DNA of 11,125 nucleotides, taken from Azolla caroliniana (taxonomy: Eukaryota > Plantae > Polypodiophyta). How positions within the stretch are numbered: position 1 is the first letter of the stretch; each line of letters begins with the position of its first letter. The stretch is taken from contig JBHGNT010001188.1 of assembly GCA_043228905.1 (NCBI GenBank), positions 1-11,125 of the forward strand, written 5' to 3'. Below, piece after piece: positions 8,932-11,125 of this stretch. The notes under the pieces are model-generated. The model worked only from the letters and a program-made list of their open reading frames with translations. It was not told the DNA's origin and searched no databases. The translations under genes and the position numbers were made by a program.

Positions 8932-9898
8932 GAGCCAGAGAGCTACGCAAAAGCGGCGAAGGACGCAAATTGGCGCGCCGCAATGGAGGAAGAGATGCGC
9001 GCATTGCCAGAGAATGAAACTTGGGACCTGGTTGACACACCGAAGGGTGTGAAGCCGATCGGATGTAAGTGGGTGTACAAGGTCAAATACAACACCGACG
9101 ACTCGGTCAACCGATACAAGGCCCGGTTAGTAGCAAAAGGCTATGCACAGAAGCACGACGTGGACTATGACGAGACCTTCGCACCTGTCGCGAAGATGAC
9201 TACCGTGCATGTTCTGCTAGCCGTAGTAGCGGTGAAGGGGTGGCATTTACATCAGATGGATGTCAAGAATGCGTTCCTGCAAGGTGAGCTTGAGGAACAG
9301 GTGTACATGGTACAACCCGCCGGATTTCACTCCAGAGTGAACACTTTGACAGTCTGCCAGTTAAAGAAGTCCCTTTACGAACTAAAGCAAGCCCCGTGTG
9401 CTTGGAACGCAAAAATCACGCAACAATTGCGTCGGATGGGATTTGCGACGTCCAAATCGGACTCTTCACTATTCATTCGGCAAGGTCAACTTAGACCAGT
9501 TAGTATTTTACTTTATGTTGATGACTTGGTCATCACCGGCGCCGACCTAGGTGAGATTGACCGTATAAAGCTCCAGTTCACGGCATCATTTGACATGAAG
9601 GACCTAGGGGACCTTCATTACTTCCTCGAGATCGAAGTGATCTATACCCCCCGAAGGCGTATTGATCAGCCAACGTCATTATGCGCTGAATATGCTCTTC
9701 AAGTTCGGGATGGCAAATTGTAAGCCCATCTCGACCCCTCTGGATAGAAACATAAAGCTTCGCCGAGATTCGGGAAAAGCGTGCAACCCAACACGGTTCT
9801 AACATATTGTCGGAAGCCTCATCTATTTCACTATTACTCGGTCGGACCTCAGTTACCCGGTCAGACTGATCAGTCAATTCATGTCGCAGTCTACGGCC
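8932..9898 (+). pseudogene. pol: Copia reverse transcriptase
   Basis: EPESY...WRAAMEEEM, IGCKWVYKVK, RYKARLVAKGY, QMDVKNAFLQG, LLYVDDLV (YVDD 9514-9525). A +1 frameshift in the C6 run at 9647-9652 and a TAA at 9800-9802. Confidence 0.97.
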
Positions 9899-10600
9899 GA
9901 ACACTTTCGGTGCGCGCAAAGGATATTGCGATATGTCAGCGGCACAAAAGACATGGCATTGTTGTATCGGGCAGGCGTAGCCGAACAATTAGTTGGCTAC
10001 ACGGATGCCGATTGGGCCGGAAACTCCAGTGATCGTAGATCCACATTTGGATATGCCTTCTCATTAGGAAGTGCAACGATCGCATGGAGTAGCAAAAAGC
10101 AGCTGACAGTGGCATTGTCGAGCACGGAGGCTGAACACTTTCAGTGCGCGCAAAGGATATTGCGATATGTCAGCGGCACGAAAGACATGGTGTTGTTGTA
10201 TCGGGCAGGCGTAGCCAAACAATTAGTTGGCTACACGGATGCCGATTGGGCCAGAAACTCCAGTGATCGTAGATCCACATTTGGATGTGCCTTCTCATTA
10301 GGAAGTGCAACGATCGCATGGAGTAGCAGAAAGCAGCTGACAGTGGCATTGTCGAGCACGGAGGCTGAACACTTTCAGTGCGCGCAAAGGATATTGCGAT
10401 ATGTCAGCGGCACAAAAGACATGGCGTTGTTGTATCGGGCAGGCATAGCCGAACAATTAGTTGGCTACACGGATGTCGATTGGGCCGGAAACTCCAGTGA
10501 TCGTAGATCCACATTTGGATACGCCTTCTCATTAGGAAGTGCAACGATCGCATGGAGTAGCAAAAAGCAGCTGACAATGGCATTGTCGAGCACGGAGGCT
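9899..10600 (+). repeat. Three tandem 234-bp copies of the RT-end/RNase H N-terminus
   Basis: Units start at 9899, 10133 and 10367. Each encodes EHF(R/Q)CAQRILRYVSGTKD...GYTDADWAG...AWSSKKQLTVALSSTEA, with minor variants. Confidence 0.98.
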
Positions 10601-10942
10601 GAATGTCGAGGGGTGACTATCGCTACGTGCGAAGTCATTTGGCTAAAACAGCTATTACGGGATCTGCATGTAGAGGTATCTGATCCGACGACGATCTATT
10701 GTGACAACCTCAGCAGTATCCACCTTGCGAAAAACCCCATGTTCCACGCCCGGACCAAGCACATTGAGGTACATTACCATTTTGTCTGTGAGCGGGTCCT
10801 TTCAGGTGAAGTCGAACTAGCGTATGTTCTGACGGATCGGCAGGTTGCCGAAATCTTCACCAAGCCTCTTGGTCTCGACAAGTTACGACATTTCTCAGGT
10901 GAGCTAGGGTTGCATCACCTCGACACGCCGAACTTGAGGGGG
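9983..10942 (+). pseudogene. Copia RNase H (N-terminal half triplicated)
   Basis: YTDADW, SSTEAE, IYCDNLSSIHLAKNPMFHARTKHIEVHYHFV, QVAEIFTKPL. The frame is open from 9803 to the window end, so it is absent from the ORF track. Confidence 0.95.
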
Positions 10943-11125
10943 AGAAAGGAAGGACAGGAACAAGAGCATGAAAGGAGCGGAGCTGTTCTTCGCGGCGGAA
11001 GTGACCGTGATGCGGAATCGGATGAAGAATTCGATTTCGGGCCGGCTGAAGAAGTCGAAGAAAAGAGCAAGGGCCATAACCGAAAGGAAGAGCTGAGGAT
11101 AGCCAAATCAGGGGGAGATACAACC

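Larger units (their letters stand above)
5617..11125 (+). mobile_element. Degenerate Ty1/copia LTR retrotransposon; 3' LTR lies beyond the window
   Basis: LTR, iMet PBS, then gag-PR-IN-RT-RNase H in copia order, with canonical motifs. Confidence 0.97.

Noticed and set aside
9899-10600. Repeats considered as a CRISPR array or as LTRs
   Set aside because: They are contiguous 234-bp coding units with no unique spacers, no TG..CA ends and no cas genes.
10936-10954. Polypurine run as the functional PPT and element 3' end
   Set aside because: It is not followed by TG or any match to the 5' LTR within the window.

Overview
Eukaryotic transposon nest, most likely from a land plant (the primer-binding sites match plant tRNAs; a bryophyte or lycophyte host is my inference). 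I see no host gene. Three decayed elements sit together. (1) A Ty3/gypsy LTR retrotransposon on the minus strand: 5' LTR ~3779-4562, tRNA-Trp PBS, gag with CCHC knuckle, protease with DHGS, and RT with FLDD running off the left edge. Its RT carries a 153-bp TG..CA insertion. (2) A ~340-codon decayed coiled-coil/acidic ORF (4596-~5615, minus) belonging to older sequence. (3) A Ty1/copia element on the plus strand: 5' LTR ending 5941, tRNA-iMet PBS, then gag-PR-IN-RT-RNase H running off the right edge. The notable structures are a perfect 99-bp-arm foldback inside a 132-bp flank-templated insertion, an in-frame 3 x 234-bp triplication of the RT/RNase H junction, a candidate -1 frameshift signal between gypsy protease and RT, and an acidic extension after copia RNase H. 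I found no evidence for a new multi-gene system.
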